This document shows, piece after piece, positions 1 through 12,429 of a DNA stretch of 64,000 bases; position 1 is the first letter of the stretch, and the number at the start of each line of letters is the position of its first letter. The position numbers were made by a program, and so were the translations under genes. This DNA is from Haplodiscus bocki (lineage: Eukaryota), in contig OZ296648.1 of NCBI GenBank assembly GCA_965655095.1, forward strand, positions 123,008,001-123,072,000, in the 5' to 3' direction. The notes beneath the pieces are model-generated. The model was not told the origin of the DNA. It worked only from the letters and a program-made list of their open reading frames with translations, and made no database searches.

Positions 1-630
1 ATTAAAAAGGTATTGCTAAACCATCGAGCTACTTCTTTGGATTATTCAGCAGGCAAATATCAAGTGAGCCGCTTGTTGTTTTCCTTTGAACTTGTTCGAA
101 CCCGCTGTTCACGAACATTCCAGCAATGGAGTCTTCGTAGTCACTCGTGCTCGAGAAACTGTTCCAATCAGTTAACGGGAAGTTGATGTCTCCAGTGACG
201 ATGATTTCTGTTATGTAGTATTGTTGTTGAACCTTGTCAATTTCTTGCACTAAGTGGAAAAGTTTACTGCTAGCCCATCGATAGGGACTATTTGCAGGGG
301 GACAGTAAAGCGATAAAACTAAAAGATGAACTGAACAAAAATGGTAGACAACGCTCACAACGTCTTCAAAAACGTTGAACTCGGTATTTTTTTTCAGGGT
401 ATCGAGCTGTCGACGGCAATTAGTACGCCACCGTGATTCGTTTTCCCGGTTCGCTTAGGTTGTCGATCACGGCGGAATATTGATCGGTTTCCAAGAAATA
501 GGCCACTGTTCGATATTGTGTCTACTAGCCAAGTTTCGCACAGGCTAATGATGTGGAATTGTTGCAAGTCAAGTGCATTTGATAAAGCTGTTCATCTGTT
601 CAAATCGAGCAGGTTTCTAACATTCCACAT
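1..630 (-). mobile_element. Non-LTR retrotransposon (LINE, CR1/L2-like) ORF2 AP-endonuclease fragment, disrupted, runs off the window
   Basis: Minus-strand translation from 630 gives MWNVRNL...IISLCETWL...RRDR...HGGVLIAV. ORF 29-358 has LYCPP, GDINFP and SLDICL. These are exonuclease-endonuclease-phosphatase motifs typical of LINE endonucleases. Stop codon and frameshift present. Confidence 0.85.
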
Positions 631-849
631 CAGTGGGTGTACTTGCGTTTCGTGATTTCGGTTAGGTAGTCAGGCCGACGGTGCTTCAGCACTGTCCGCC
701 GCGTTGTCGTAAGGGGGTATTGTGGAGGAGGTATTGTGAAACTTGAAAAAGATGAAGGCATTGGTGATGACTCGGTGTCACAAAACGAAAGAATGCCTTC
801 ACCCTTCTCATGTAGCACTTTATGAGCCGTTACAATCTACAATTGCAAA

Positions 850-1385
850 AGATTGAAGCCTAAAATTACACTTTTGATGAACCGATGAAAAACTAATTTT
901 ACTTTTTAAAAGATTCAGATATTTTTCATTAGGATCAACTTAAAGAAGCAGAGAAGGACATGTGAGGGAAGATTTAAGACAAGGAAAACATCGACTATGG
1001 ACGGTGTTGAATGGTGGTTTATGCAACTGTTGTTTTGAGGACCTAAAGTTGAATATTGTCTCACCGGTAAAGGTGTTGGAGCCATAGAGGAAAAGAAAAC
1101 AGTTTAAAGCTTTGAATAGGTTGCCAGAAAATTAGAAAGAAAAGAAAATCTGAGTTACAATGTGGACTATGTTAAGCAGAAGACTCCTCTAATTTGGGAA
1201 AAACTATTTTGAGGTGGAGTTAGCCAAACATTCAGAAATGGAAATTGTGAAAGTTATGCCAAATTTCCTGAGAAATTTTATTATGAAAACAGATATAAAA
1301 CGTTGTAAAATGCGGAAGTTTAGGACAGCAAAAACAATTTGAAAACCAGCAAAAGAAACCTATCAAAAGGTACCTTGATAACTTG
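850..1385 (+). pseudogene. C-terminal fragment of a Polinton/adintovirus-type protein-primed DNA polymerase B
   Basis: Plus strand reads PKVEYCLTGKGVGAIEEKKT (from 1042) and TPLIWEKLF*GGVSQTFRNGNCES. This resembles the recalled pPolB tail (APKIKYCLTI..G.I.E.KTFKG / PLSWKKSF..GV). Homologous to 21050-21400. Confidence 0.6.
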
Positions 1386-1549
1386 CGTCTTTTTCTCAAG
1401 AATAAAGAAGCAACATTTTCCTTTCAAATTGGTTTTTTCTCGACCTTTTTTTAACCGATGTTTCGTAATTGCGATCACACTAAAATCCAACATCTGTATT
1501 TCTTGGTCATCTTACAGGGAAAGATTCTCAAATTTCTGATATGTTTGTC

Positions 1550-2285
1550 CGGCCAAAGTTGTCAAAAACAGCAGGAAGGCCAAATTGAGAAGGTTGGCCA
1601 AAATGGCCAGATTGGCCAAATTGGCTAGTCTGGCCAAAATTGCAAGGTATGCCAAAAATGCCAAACATGCCAAAAGACCCAAGAAACCCAAGAACGCACA
1701 ACCAATGCCTAAAATGCTATAAAACCAAAAAATCCAAGAAAGACATAAAAAGAAAAACAAAAAACAAAGGAAATCCCAAAATGCCAAAACTACTTATAAA
1801 GCTAGAAGAGTCAAACATGTCAAAAATAACCCAAACGACCTGAAAAACCCAAAAACTCCCAAACTGCGAAAATTGTCAAAAATGCCAAAATTTCCAAGAG
1901 TGCCAAAATGTTGAAAAAGGGAGAGAAACTCCACAAATACCAAAAAAGCCAGTAACCTGAACAGCCCAGAAAATCAGAAAGCCAGAAAGCCTGAAAAAAG
2001 CCCAAAAAATCCAGAACAAATTCAAAAACCCAAAAAACCCAAAAAAAAACAAAAAATCAAGGAAACCAAGAACTTCAAAGAAACCCAAACAAGCCACAAA
2101 AGCCAGAGAAGCCAAAAACGTCAAAAAGTCCACAAAAAACAAGAAAGCCACAAAAACCCAAACCAAAAAAAAACAAAAAAAGCCCAAAAACCCCGATGAA
2201 GCAGAAAGCCAAAAAAAACTGAAAACCACCCAGAAAACCCAGTAATCGCAAAGAAAAACAAAAACCAAAAAACCACGGAAAAAAG
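1550..2285 (+). repeat. Degenerate ~9-bp A/C-rich minisatellite (GCCAAAAAT / CCCAAAAAA type), left part
   Basis: Visible 9-nt periodicity (ggccaaaat ggccagatt ggccaaatt). Plus strand is strongly T-poor. Confidence 0.85.
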
Positions 2286-2562
2286 TGTAAAACTGCTTTA
2301 TGGTAAAAGCTATATCGCAATACGTACAAAAACCATTAGCAACTGAAACCTATTAACAACTGACAATTGGCTATCACCCAAAAGGGTAATAATTTTTTAC
2401 ACGAGAAAGCGACGAGTATTATGAATCAGCGCTATAGCGAGCGACAGTTTGCGAGAGTGGCGACACGTGTATGAAATGATCATATTATAAACGTGCAAAA
2501 CGTAGCAACGTAAATGGGCATTGTCAAATACGTTTTGAAAAGAATATATTATCAACCTAACA
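2286..2562 (-). repeat. Copia 3' LTR
   Basis: Reads TGTAAAACTGC...CCTAACA and aligns end to end with 6690-6966 (roughly 80% identity by eye). Confidence 0.93.
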
Positions 2563-2580
2563 ATCTCCCCTTCTTTTTTT
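2563..2580 (-). promoter_or_regulatory. Polypurine tract of the Copia element
   Basis: Minus strand AAAAAAAGAAGGGGAGAT abuts the TG of the 3' LTR. Confidence 0.85.
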
Positions 2581-5500
2581 AATCAATGTGGCAATAGTTC
2601 AGTATACTGAACAGGCGATCTACTGCTGATTTGCTGTTTTTCGTGAATCCATCTGCTTGCTGCTCAGCTGACTTAACATGCTTGACGTCTACGCTTTCTT
2701 TTGCCACCACTTCCCAAAAATACGATATATCAACTCGTAAGCGCTCCTCTGTAACATTCCTTAGTGAGTTTATAGAAGCCAGGAGACATTAGTTGTCGAT
2801 ATAAGAATGAATGGACAGCGAAAATAGTGAAATTTCTAAAACTTGATCTAATTAAAATCGCACAATCTAAAACATCTACAAACACTTAGGCTTCGGCACC
2901 TAAAGTACTATGAACAATTCTACGTAATTTTGTGACTGCCATGCCAGAGGAATAAAAATTTCGTCATCTCGGCTCAATCCAATTAAAAACCCGCATTTGG
3001 TGGAAATATATGTATTGTTTGCCAACGATGCGTCTTTATGGACAATAACTCGTGCTGTCTTCAAATCCTCCACATGTTATACTCGAAAACATAATTTTTT
3101 CTCGTAAATCAACTGGCTTTATTTGCTTAAGTGATATAAACATCCGACATGGTAACATTGTTAACAGTTGCTCAACTGGCGAGTCTGGAAGATAAATCTG
3201 GACGAGATTGCGACGCAACCCATTGCAGGTTACCAATCAAAGAGTTCATTTTGAATCTTCAATCTGAACCTTGGGTGTCCAAAAAAGAATTCTCAAGGGG
3301 AAGAATCGTCTCTATGAAATCTTCCCGACTGAGAAAAACCGCCTGATCAAGTAAACGGATTTTTACACCCAGATACATGAACGCGTTAGTTTCTTCACTT
3401 CCAACACGAAAAATGTGTCGTAACTGGTCGACAACCATTTGCTTGAAGACCAGGACCCCTGACCATTGAAGATCATCTACAAGAAAACAAATAACACCCA
3501 GTACCTCTTCGGAGTTTCACAGGAAGATAAATCAACTGTCATGACGTGAGACAGTGAGCCCTTTCTCTATGATAAAAGTCTTCACCCGTAAATACCAGGA
3601 TCTCGATGCGTCCTATAACCCATATACTCACTTCTCAAGCTTTCACAGTGTGTGTTGTTGACTTGCTTCCTTTGGAGGTTTCAGGTCAACCTGCTGGGAC
3701 GGCACGGGATTGGTCAAACTACTGGAATCTTGGAAACCGCGCGCAACAGAACGAGATTTTTTCCTCCCGTTCTTCACAGTCAGTATCCAACGACCCGCTA
3801 CAAATTTTTGTCCTTTGTCAGATGCTGTATTATAAACACCAATATCCCTTCTTTTTTGCAATTCCTTTAATTTTGCTTCATAAAACGTATCTGTGTGGAC
3901 TGTAGCAAACAAAACGGAGCTCCCGTTGTCAACAGGATCAAGTACACACTACCAACGATCAAGTTCTTTCTCCCAGGCCAAATTTTTATTCTGGCCATTC
4001 AAATTCACGAGTTCTAAAAATTCCAAATTAAACCAGGACCTGTGTTCCCCTGTTGAAATTTCCAGTACAACTCATGACACTTGCCTTGAAGTTTTGCCAC
4101 TTTCTGTCGGAGTTGTCAATCTTATCCGAACCAGTGACCCAGCTTCGGGCAAGTCTGTTGCTGGATATGACAAACTCGCTGTCAGTTGCTTAAGAGGCCC
4201 ATCTGAAGATGGTCCATTACAAGCTTCGGAAATTGTACCTAATGCATCTTGTTCCGAGGCCTCTGAAGTGGAATGTAAACTTTGTTCTGCCTATCCAACT
4301 TGTTCATTTTCGAGATTCATCTCACATTCTGAATCTGCAGAAAAATAACCTTTCTGTTGCTCGTTCTGGATATTTTCTGTGGATAGACTGCCGATACTCG
4401 AAGTAAGTTCTGGATTAGTTTTTCTCAATTTACAAGGGTGAAGCCTTGAAAATTGGCCTCCAGGTCGAATAAAAACTAGTCTCCCGTTTTGGCCAATAAC
4501 CACGGCGGGTCCATCGATTATCTTCACGTTTATAGTATAAAAAATCCTGTGAGGCAAAAGGGCCTTCATCACCACGAATGTTACCCTTCAATGCACGTTT
4601 AATACGTGACGAACTTTCGCTTTCAACGAAACATTTTCTGGCAACGTGAAAGCTTGATAAATATTGCTCCGCCACGTATTTACTCACAGTAACGTTTTCT
4701 AAAGCAGGCTGAGCGTCGGTCATAACGCCTAGAAGGCATGGATTTGCACCAAAAACAATTTGGTATGGCGAGAAACCGTCAAGATTCATCAAGCAGTTTT
4801 TCGCCATCACTGCTTGAGACAATGCTACTCGTGGTTCACATAGTGCTCCTTCTAGTGTTTTCAAAAATGGTTCCGTAAGAGTTGTATCGTGAGTTTCACA
4901 AGTGTCAATACTCTAAGGACTTTCTGCTGCCGCGGTTTTCACCCTGAAACTGAAATATTCGGCGATCGGTCGGAACTCCTTGTTGCTAAATTCCCCTCCG
5001 TTATCTGTCAGAATGGCAGTCGTTACTCCGAAAATGGAAACCCACATACCCAGAAACTCGTTCACAATTGTAGATGACCCTTTTTTGTCTATTAAAGTAG
5101 CAACAATGACTTTCGAAAATAAATCAACAATATGAAAATACCAGGAATTTTTGCCTATTTTGATCACTTGATGCAGATCGATTGCAACACATTCGTTATA
5201 TCTGTTGAAATGTGGAAGACCATCAGCGGGCTTGAAAGGAGGTCGACTATATACTCTGCAAACTTCACAACTATCTATGACTTCATGTATCACATCTTTG
5301 CTCTTTTCTGTCCATTGACGACTCTATTTCAACAGGCTAACCAAACGAGTTGCTGTGCAACGACCAAAATGCACAGGGAACCTATAAAAATTCTTTGCGG
5401 ATTCTTCATTCTCCTGTGTTTTCGAAACGAATGCGAAGGAATCGATCAAATCTGGTCTCAAACTGATAAGCAGGTGACCAGTGCTGGACAGCAAAAAAGA

Positions 5501-6679
5501 AACGTCCCTTCGAAAAACTGTAGCCTTGTTTTCGTGAACGTTGATGATGGTTTTTGCCTTTGCCGTACTAGATTTGCCAATCAAAAGGGGAATTTCAACT
5601 GGCACAATTTCAACAGCAACAAAAACAGCTTGGTCACCAAACATGGCCGGTTTAACAGCGTATTTCACAGATTCGATCGTGTCTCCATCGCCAAAGGTAA
5701 CTTGCTTTAGACTATTGTTTTTGGTGACTTTTAAAGGATCTTGAGGAGATATTTGATCCAAATACTGCTGGTGCCATTTAATTCCACAAACGGTACTTGC
5801 ACAGCCGGTATCTAATACTCCCATACAGAAACCCATACAGTTCATCAAATCTGAAGTAATACTTGCCAGAGCAACACTCTGAGGAATATTTTCCGCGCTA
5901 GATTCTGTCTTTTAACCAGCCGGACATTGTTTTGCCCAATGGAACGTTGAACCGCAAATGTTGCCTTGAGAAATAGTCCCAAACTTTGTCAGAGGGTGTG
6001 AACTTTTTTGAGGACCACGTCCCCGGAATCCTCTTAGTCGTGGCTTGGTTCCCGGCTGTCCACCGGTAAGCAATACTTCATTCCTACTTGCGTCTTGAGT
6101 TACAAACACAGGCTCCTCTTTAAACAACGTGAGTCCGCCAATTTTATTTGTTGACTGGCGGTCACCAAATGTCTTTCTCAATGGCGATTTTCCAGTGGAA
6201 TAATCGAAATTTTCACAGTTGGCTAATACCAGTGGTCTATCTCCAGAGGACAATTTTGCCGTTCGGAAAAACTTGTATGCGTTGACACTATCAGGTAATT
6301 TCATACCGAAACCAGCGGTTTTATTGTATGCTCGTTCGAAATCGAGAATTTAGTTTGAAATGTCCTGATTTTTGAAATTGTCGAAGCTTTTTTCATAGTC
6401 AAAACTTTCATGTGCTCTGGCTGCAGTTTCTTTGAGGAAAATTTATTCCAACTTCGTCAGTAGGGTGTCGACTCAGTTTTCATGATTTAACTGCTCAGTT
6501 GGCACTTCTCTGCCGACTTTCCGATATTGTCCGCTCAAGCTCAGAGCCAACGCCAACGCCTGTTTCGATTTATCGAAATCGGTAACTAACTGCAACATTT
6601 TGACTCCATTTTTCCATTCGTCATAACCAGTCGCATTGGTCAGAGGGGGCGGATTCTTGAAGTTCGTTTTCTGATCCAT
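2580..6679 (-). pseudogene. Copia gag-pol polyprotein, with multiple stops and frameshifts
   Basis: Gag MDQKTNFKNPPPL..YDEWK..KQALALALSL; decayed knuckle NICGSTFHWAKQCP; protease LDTGCASTVCG; integrase CEVC..VAIDLH..TDNGGEF; RT VARGFQD and CFLVDD (~3480); RNase H RLRVDI..QQADGFTK. Confidence 0.9.
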
Positions 6680-6689
6680 CCTGCTAGTA
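6675..6689 (-). promoter_or_regulatory. Degenerate primer-binding site (initiator tRNA-Met type) overlapping the gag ATG
   Basis: Minus strand TACTAGCAGGATGG directly follows the 5' LTR and resembles TGGTAGCAGAGGATGG. Confidence 0.6.
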
Positions 6690-6966
6690 CGTGAAACTGC
6701 TTTATGACAAAATCTATAATGCGATACGTACAAAAACCATTATCAACTGAATTATTTTAACAACTGACAATTGGCTAGCACGAGAAGTGATAACAAATAA
6801 ACACACAACAAAGCGACGAGTATTAGGAATGTGCGCTATAGCGAGTAACAGTTCGCGAGAGTAGCGAGACGTGTATGAAAGGAAAATATTATAATTGTGT
6901 AAAATGTAGAAACGTAAATGGGCATTGACAAATACCTTATGAAATGATTATTTTATCAACCTAGCA
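6690..6966 (-). repeat. Copia 5' LTR
   Basis: Reads CGTGAAACTGC...CCTAGCA, 277 bp, paired with 2286-2562. Confidence 0.93.
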
Positions 6967-8290
6967 AAAAGAACCCCAGAACGCAAAAAAAACCCAAGAA
7001 AAACCATTAAAAGCTAAAAAACCAAAAATTCAAAAAACTCAAATGTTCCAAAGCTGCCAGAATTGTCAAAACCTCCAAGAATGCTAAAATAACAAAAGTG
7101 CTGAAAAGCTAAGCAACCCAGAAAACCAAAACAGCGGAAAACACAAAAGACTCAAAAGAGTCCAAAAAAATCCAAAACAAACCCCAAAAAACCCATCAAA
7201 GAAACAAACCAAAGAAAGCAAGAAACCCAAAAACCCGAAAAAGCCAAAACTGCCCAACATGACAACACTTTCACAGAAACCAAGAGAGCTCGAGAAACAC
7301 AAAAAATCCAAAAAACTCAGGGAAACACAGAAAGAACAGAAAACCCAATCACCCTGAAAAAAAAAACAAAAATCCCGGAAAATCTTGAACAAAGCCCGAG
7401 AACCCAGAAAACACAGAAAGACCAGGAGGAACCAAAAAAACCAGAAAAATATAAGAAACCAATTGAACCAAAAAACCAAAAGAACCCATTGTAATCAAAA
7501 AAACCAAACCTGCCAAAAACGCCAAAAGTTCCAAAAAGCCCACAAAAATCCATAAAAAGTCAAAAAACCAAAAGAGCCCAGAAAAACCCAACAAAAAACC
7601 AAAAACTAAAAAACCAAAGAAAAACAAAAAAAAACTAAAAAACATCAAACCCAAAAATCCAAAAACCCGGCAAAAAGCAACAAAAAACCACAGGAAACAA
7701 CAAAACCAATTAAACCAAAAAACCTACAAAAAAACACAAAAAACTCAAAATTGCCAAAAACGCCAAAAGCGCCAGAAAAAGCCAAAAATTGCAAGAAACC
7801 CCAAAATATCAAAAACCCAAAAAAACAAAAAAAATCAAAAAACCTTTAAATTACTCAAAACGACTCGAAAAAATTGAAAACACGTTAATACTCAAAAGAC
7901 CCAACAATCCGAAAATCCCGAAAAAGCCAAAAAAGCCGTATTTACCAAAAGAAAATGTCAAAATGCCAAAATTTACAAAAATTTCAAAACCTCCTAAAAT
8001 GTCAAAAACCCATAATCCCCAAAAAAACGGAACAGAAGAAAGAAACCAAAAATTTTCCCAAAAACAATTAAAAAAAGTCAAAAAACCCAAAAAAATGCAA
8101 AACACCCGGAAGAATCCGAAGAAACAAAAGACCTAAAAAGCCAAAAACTTCAAAAGTGTCAAAAATGCCCAACAAGCCAAAGAAGGCAAAATAGCCAGAA
8201 AAGGCAGAAACCAAATACGCCGAAAAAGCCAGGATAGCAAAAATTGCCGAGATTGCTATGATTGTCGGGACTTTTATACCGCAATTTCCC
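6967..8290 (+). repeat. Degenerate ~9-bp A/C-rich minisatellite, right part
   Basis: Same unit and strand skew as 1550-2285. Contiguous with it once the Copia is removed. Confidence 0.85.
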
Positions 8291-8934
8291 AAAACCTTCC
8301 AAATATGTGTCTCTTTTGTGAAAAAAACGGGTTCTTTGCGAAAAAGCTTGATTTTAATTCAAAATCTCTGAAGTTTGCAAATTTGCCGTAGATTGCATAA
8401 TAAAAGAATTGACTTCTCAAAAATATGTTCCGCCGTAAATTTGAGGCTTTTCAGCAAAAAATAAGTATACTTTGAAAGTGGGGAAAAAATGGAAAATTTG
8501 TTGAAGAAAGAGTGTTTTTTCGAGAAAATAATCGTTTTTGTCTTTAGAAAAGCCTTCCTTACAAAAACGGGAACACTTCAAATATGCCGCTGGTAGAAGG
8601 CCGTCTTGTTATTTAACAATTTAAGTGAAAAAAATGTCGCTTCTTCAAATCCAGTAGCTAAAAGGAACTTTAGTTCTTTCTTAAGATTGACGAAATTTTG
8701 CTTACAAAAAAAACAGATACAGTTAGTTGCGCTCAACTAAAAGAATTGAAGTCGTATATAGCTGAATGGAAACGTTTCCGTCAATTTGCAGGAGCGAAGT
8801 GCGAAGTGAGCTTCTCTCCGTACTTATCTATCTAGATAAAAGTGTTTTTAAACTGTCTGATTGGAAAAAAACCTAATTTTTTTAAAACCGACTCGATGGA
8901 TCGATGAGTGAGGTTCGCTCCACAAACGGTTCAA

Positions 8935-9750
8935 AGAAGCAACAACTTCATAGAGCACATGGATACTTATCTCCTGAAAGAGAGAAATATCACCAATATT
9001 CACAATGTTTTCCATATTGATAACAACTCGAGTATGGAATTAAAGTACCTATTAGACTGCAGGCCAACAAAAACAGAAAGTTCAAAAAACTTTGGTAGTT
9101 TTTGAAACGTTTAAAAGATTTAAAAGGAAACTTCTATCAAGAAAAAAGTAAAAAACACTCAAACAGGAAGAAAATTGATTGAAAATATCCCAATAGATTA
9201 AAAAGAAAAAGAATTTAGTTCAAAGTGATGACGGAAGAGAAAATCTAAACAAAACGGTCTACGATTTTATAGAGCTCAAAAGAATTGTGAGGTATCGTCG
9301 TTACACAACCAAACTTTTTTTGCTAATTGATTTACGAAAACCATTAAACATCTACTTAGTAAACTTTTTCCCGAAAAGAAAACATATTGGAGAGGTAAAA
9401 AAAACATAAAATATTATAACAAGACGGCGCATTCTTCAACTAAATTAACAACGATCCAAGAATCGGTGACAGACAGTGAACAAATAATTTAGAGTAGGAA
9501 GTAGAATAAAACAAAGGAAATTGTACTAAAATCTCTTCCGGGCTATTTATTTGGAACAGCAGAGAGACGTGATTTTCGCCCAAGGGTGATACAAGTTCTA
9601 TGATATAAAAAGAGTCGCACAATTTTCTGACGATACTATTCCAAATTATCGCCTAAGGTTTTCAACACACAGAATAAATGAAATTTTACGAAGAAGTATA
9701 AAATTAACAAAAAATTTAATAATGTCTTGACAAAACCCTAACCTACAAAT
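8935..9750 (+). pseudogene. Polinton-type retroviral-like (rve) integrase remnant
   Basis: NVFHIDNNSSMELKYLLDCRP (ORF 8908-9105), SDDGRE, YYNKTAHSSTKLT, KGDT and DDTIPNYRL occur in the order expected for Polinton integrases. Confidence 0.75.
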
Positions 9751-9829
9751 GTAAAAGCAATCGCTTAAAGAAACCTAATCAAAATTAACTCAGAAAGCAG
9801 AACAACAACTAAACTATCTATGCCACATG

Positions 9830-10901
9830 TCCTAAACGAACTAAGCTAGACTGGGCCTGAACATGAGATCAGGGGAACTTTCGACAACTTCTGGCATAGT
9901 CAGCGTCCATTCAGACAAGGCAACGTTTTGGCTGTTCTATTTTGTTGAAAAACCTTTGATTCCTATGGATGTCCTCCATCAAAAGGTTTATCCTGAAAAT
10001 GGAAAAAGCCATCAACAAAAGAATACGTTTTCTGAATAGAAGAACCAAAGAAAGGAAAACGTTTGCGGTAGCTCTTTTTTGTGCATGTTACGTCTTACAA
10101 AAGAATTGAAAACATAGTTTGAAAAACTGTGTATTGAATATGTACTTTAAAAAAAGGTTTAAAGAAGAACGTAAAAAGTAAAGGGGACAACAGTTTCTAA
10201 AACAGAACAAGATGAAAAAAAACCAAAAACCACCATTTTTAAGAACGAAATCGTAAATTCATTTTAAAGAATTTTGCTGATATCCATCCGGAGGACGGAT
10301 CAGTTCTTCGAAGCGATATCAGCCCATCAACTAGCGATAAAATTGAATTTGTTTTGGACTCTTCTTTTCATCTACTTCACATTACGAATCACCTCCAAGT
10401 AAGAATGAAGTGAATGTTTTTACCAATGCATTTAAGGAAGTCGCTTTCCTGGAAAGAAACGGATCATCGAGTACGCCACCGTTTCAATTGAACTGGATGA
10501 AAAACATCGAGAAAACAATTTTTACAACACCTCATGTAATAATTTTCGCTTCCATATGAATAAAATTTTTGTTTTTTTGGCTTTACTATAAAAAACGGTG
10601 CTGCTGGAAAGCATTCAGGTGGAAAACTTACTAAAACAGCATTCCAAAAAATTGATTGGAAAAAAGTTTTCCTGATGGATCTAATACGAAAGGCACTCAT
10701 GAGGTTATCCTTTTTCTCTTTAGCGTTACCTCTCCACTAGGTTCCAATAACTTTAAAGAACTTGCTTTAAACGTTTTACGAAAAGCAAACACAGAAACAC
10801 TTAGTGATATGGAGTTTTACCTGGAAGATGATGACCGAAAAGACGTTTTTTTTCCGAGAAGAATAATCGAAATTCACAGTGATGATGATAAAAAAGCATA
10901 A
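9830..10901 (+). pseudogene. Minor capsid (penton-like) protein remnant
   Basis: ORF 10656-10901 DGSNTKGTHEVILFLFSVTSPLG...LSDMEFYLEDDDRKDVFF resembles the recalled C-terminus of Polinton/adintovirus penton. Confidence 0.6.
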
Positions 10902-10989
10902 GAACACAAAAACTCATTTCTCAACTTTTGGATAGACCAATGTACTAACTAAATTAGAAAATTTAAGTGACTAATAATTAAACAATCAA

Positions 10990-11365
10990 AAATAAATATT
11001 GCGTTGGAGAAAAGCATTGACCACCAAGAATTGAAAATGCTCTTGGCTGGAATTTGAGAAAACTGCTGAGCAGATAGTTTTTATCAGTTGCGGTTGTGGT
11101 GTAGGCGAAAGCTAAGATAGTTCCATGTTATAGTGAAGCTAAGAGGCTTGCTTTTTCAAAATTGTTAGAAAAAGTGCGACCAAAAAAGCAATGAAGGTAG
11201 CCGTTATGGTTATGGTATAAAAAAATCTGAGTAGAGCATTGGAAAATGCCGCAGTTCTATCTACTGCTGCTGCAACTAGAAACCTTGAAGCTCAGGCAGC
11301 AGCTGCTCATTCTGTTATAAAAAATTTTTCAACAACGGAAATGTTTAGTCCCTGTGAAAATTAAA
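10990..11365 (+). pseudogene. Small adintovirus-type protein with amphipathic helix (adenovirus protein VI-like), remnant
   Basis: Reads ...RALENAAVLSTAAATRNLEAQAAAAHSVI. The homologue at 25020-25400 reads DAERFDFFANLGDSATK...GLLELATDITTAAANNN. Confidence 0.5.
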
Positions 11366-11399
11366 AAGATTACATTCAATTACTGTGCACAAAAACGGA

Positions 11400-12290
11400 T
11401 ACAATGAAAAAAAACCCTCTATAAATTTTTCAATAAAAAATCATGAAGTCCTTGAAAATTTGGGATACTTTGAAATGTCTAGGAGAACTGTCTGATCAGG
11501 AGTTGGGAGAAAGCTGAGTAAAACTTTTTTCATTTAGATTTTAAGGAAATGTTCGAGCCATCTATTTATTCATCAGCAGAAAAAAATTGAAGGTATGGTT
11601 AAATCAGTAACGAATGTCTTTGCAATATCGTGGGAAGTTTTTGGTGTCGGATTAGAAAAATCTGATGAAATAACCCAATTTCTGATGTTTTAACCTCTCT
11701 TTTCAATTCAAATACAGTGGACAGTAATTTTGCTGAAATTGTGGATGAACGTTTAACATTAAAAAAACTAAATTAATTTGTTTTAACTCATACTAATGAG
11801 AACAGATTTGAGGTCATTCCAAGTAACCGTCAGACATTTATAACAGGAAGATCAAACTAAAACTTCGATACAAGTTGTAATTACGATTTACGTGACCAAT
11901 TCTTGCTTACTTGTCATCTGAAATAACCTCTGCAAACGATATCAGCAAAGAATGTCTTTATTTTGGATTTTTCAACCACGCGGTTCATGATTTGAAGTTT
12001 GGTTATGAGAATTTGGACAGATAGTATACGATTAATGTGTTTTGAAAAAAAACGGAGAAAAAAAACAGTTCTGTGATTTACGGGAACGATTTTGAAGACG
12101 TGCTAGTCGTTCTCTTTTATTCTGATCCTTGAATTAGTCGTTAGGTTGCGTCTATCTACTAAATAGGGGGCACTAACAAAATCTTGGGTGAAATTTCTGA
12201 TCTTCTGAATACTCAAACGACAGTCGTTAATCGAAAACTTTTTGAGAAAGTTTGCTCACAAAAACCGCAACACATGCGACTGTTTGATTA
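11400..12290 (+). pseudogene. Conserved Polinton-associated ORF with DPxEL..RL motif, function unknown, remnant
   Basis: SDP-ELVVRLRL near 12120 (needs a frameshift). Homologous PADPSYLV near 26155. Confidence 0.4.
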
Positions 12291-12429
12291 TTTCGCCGCC
12301 TAACATCAGAAGTGGCACAGTAAAGCAAAGCAACTTTCGGGTTAATTCCAAGGAGTGATAATCTTTCGAAAATCGAGTTTTACACTATTAAAAAGTTTTG
12401 TTCATTTCTGTTTTCACTGCCATTGCAAA

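Larger units (their letters stand above)
2286..6966 (-). mobile_element. Full-length, decayed Ty1/Copia LTR retrotransposon, GalEa-like
   Basis: Two 277-bp LTRs, 5-bp TSD AAAAG (2281-2285 and 6967-6971), PPT, PBS, and gag-PR-IN-RT-RH domain order. Confidence 0.93.
1390..8608 (+). mobile_element. Putative non-autonomous Helitron-like element with internal minisatellite (hosts the Copia insertion)
   Basis: The last ~300 bp (8300-8608) recur at 22195-22528, and their distal part recurs inverted at 63833-64000. The end is a GC-rich hairpin followed by CGTCTTG|T. It separates a pPolB tail from an integrase region that are adjacent at ~21400-21480. The 5' boundary is uncertain. Confidence 0.4.

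Noticed and set aside
3606-5744. Plus-strand ORFs of 151 and 192 aa and neighbours
   Set aside because: Antisense shadows of the Copia pol frame.
1550-8290. CRISPR-like or telomeric array
   Set aside because: No constant repeat with unique spacers and no telomere unit. The context is eukaryotic and the units are degenerate 9-mers.
1512-8292. Many Phe/Leu/Gly-rich (minus) and Lys/Pro-rich (plus) ORFs that look like membrane or histone-like proteins
   Set aside because: By-products of a T-poor 9-bp minisatellite: they overlap in several frames and have no domain content.
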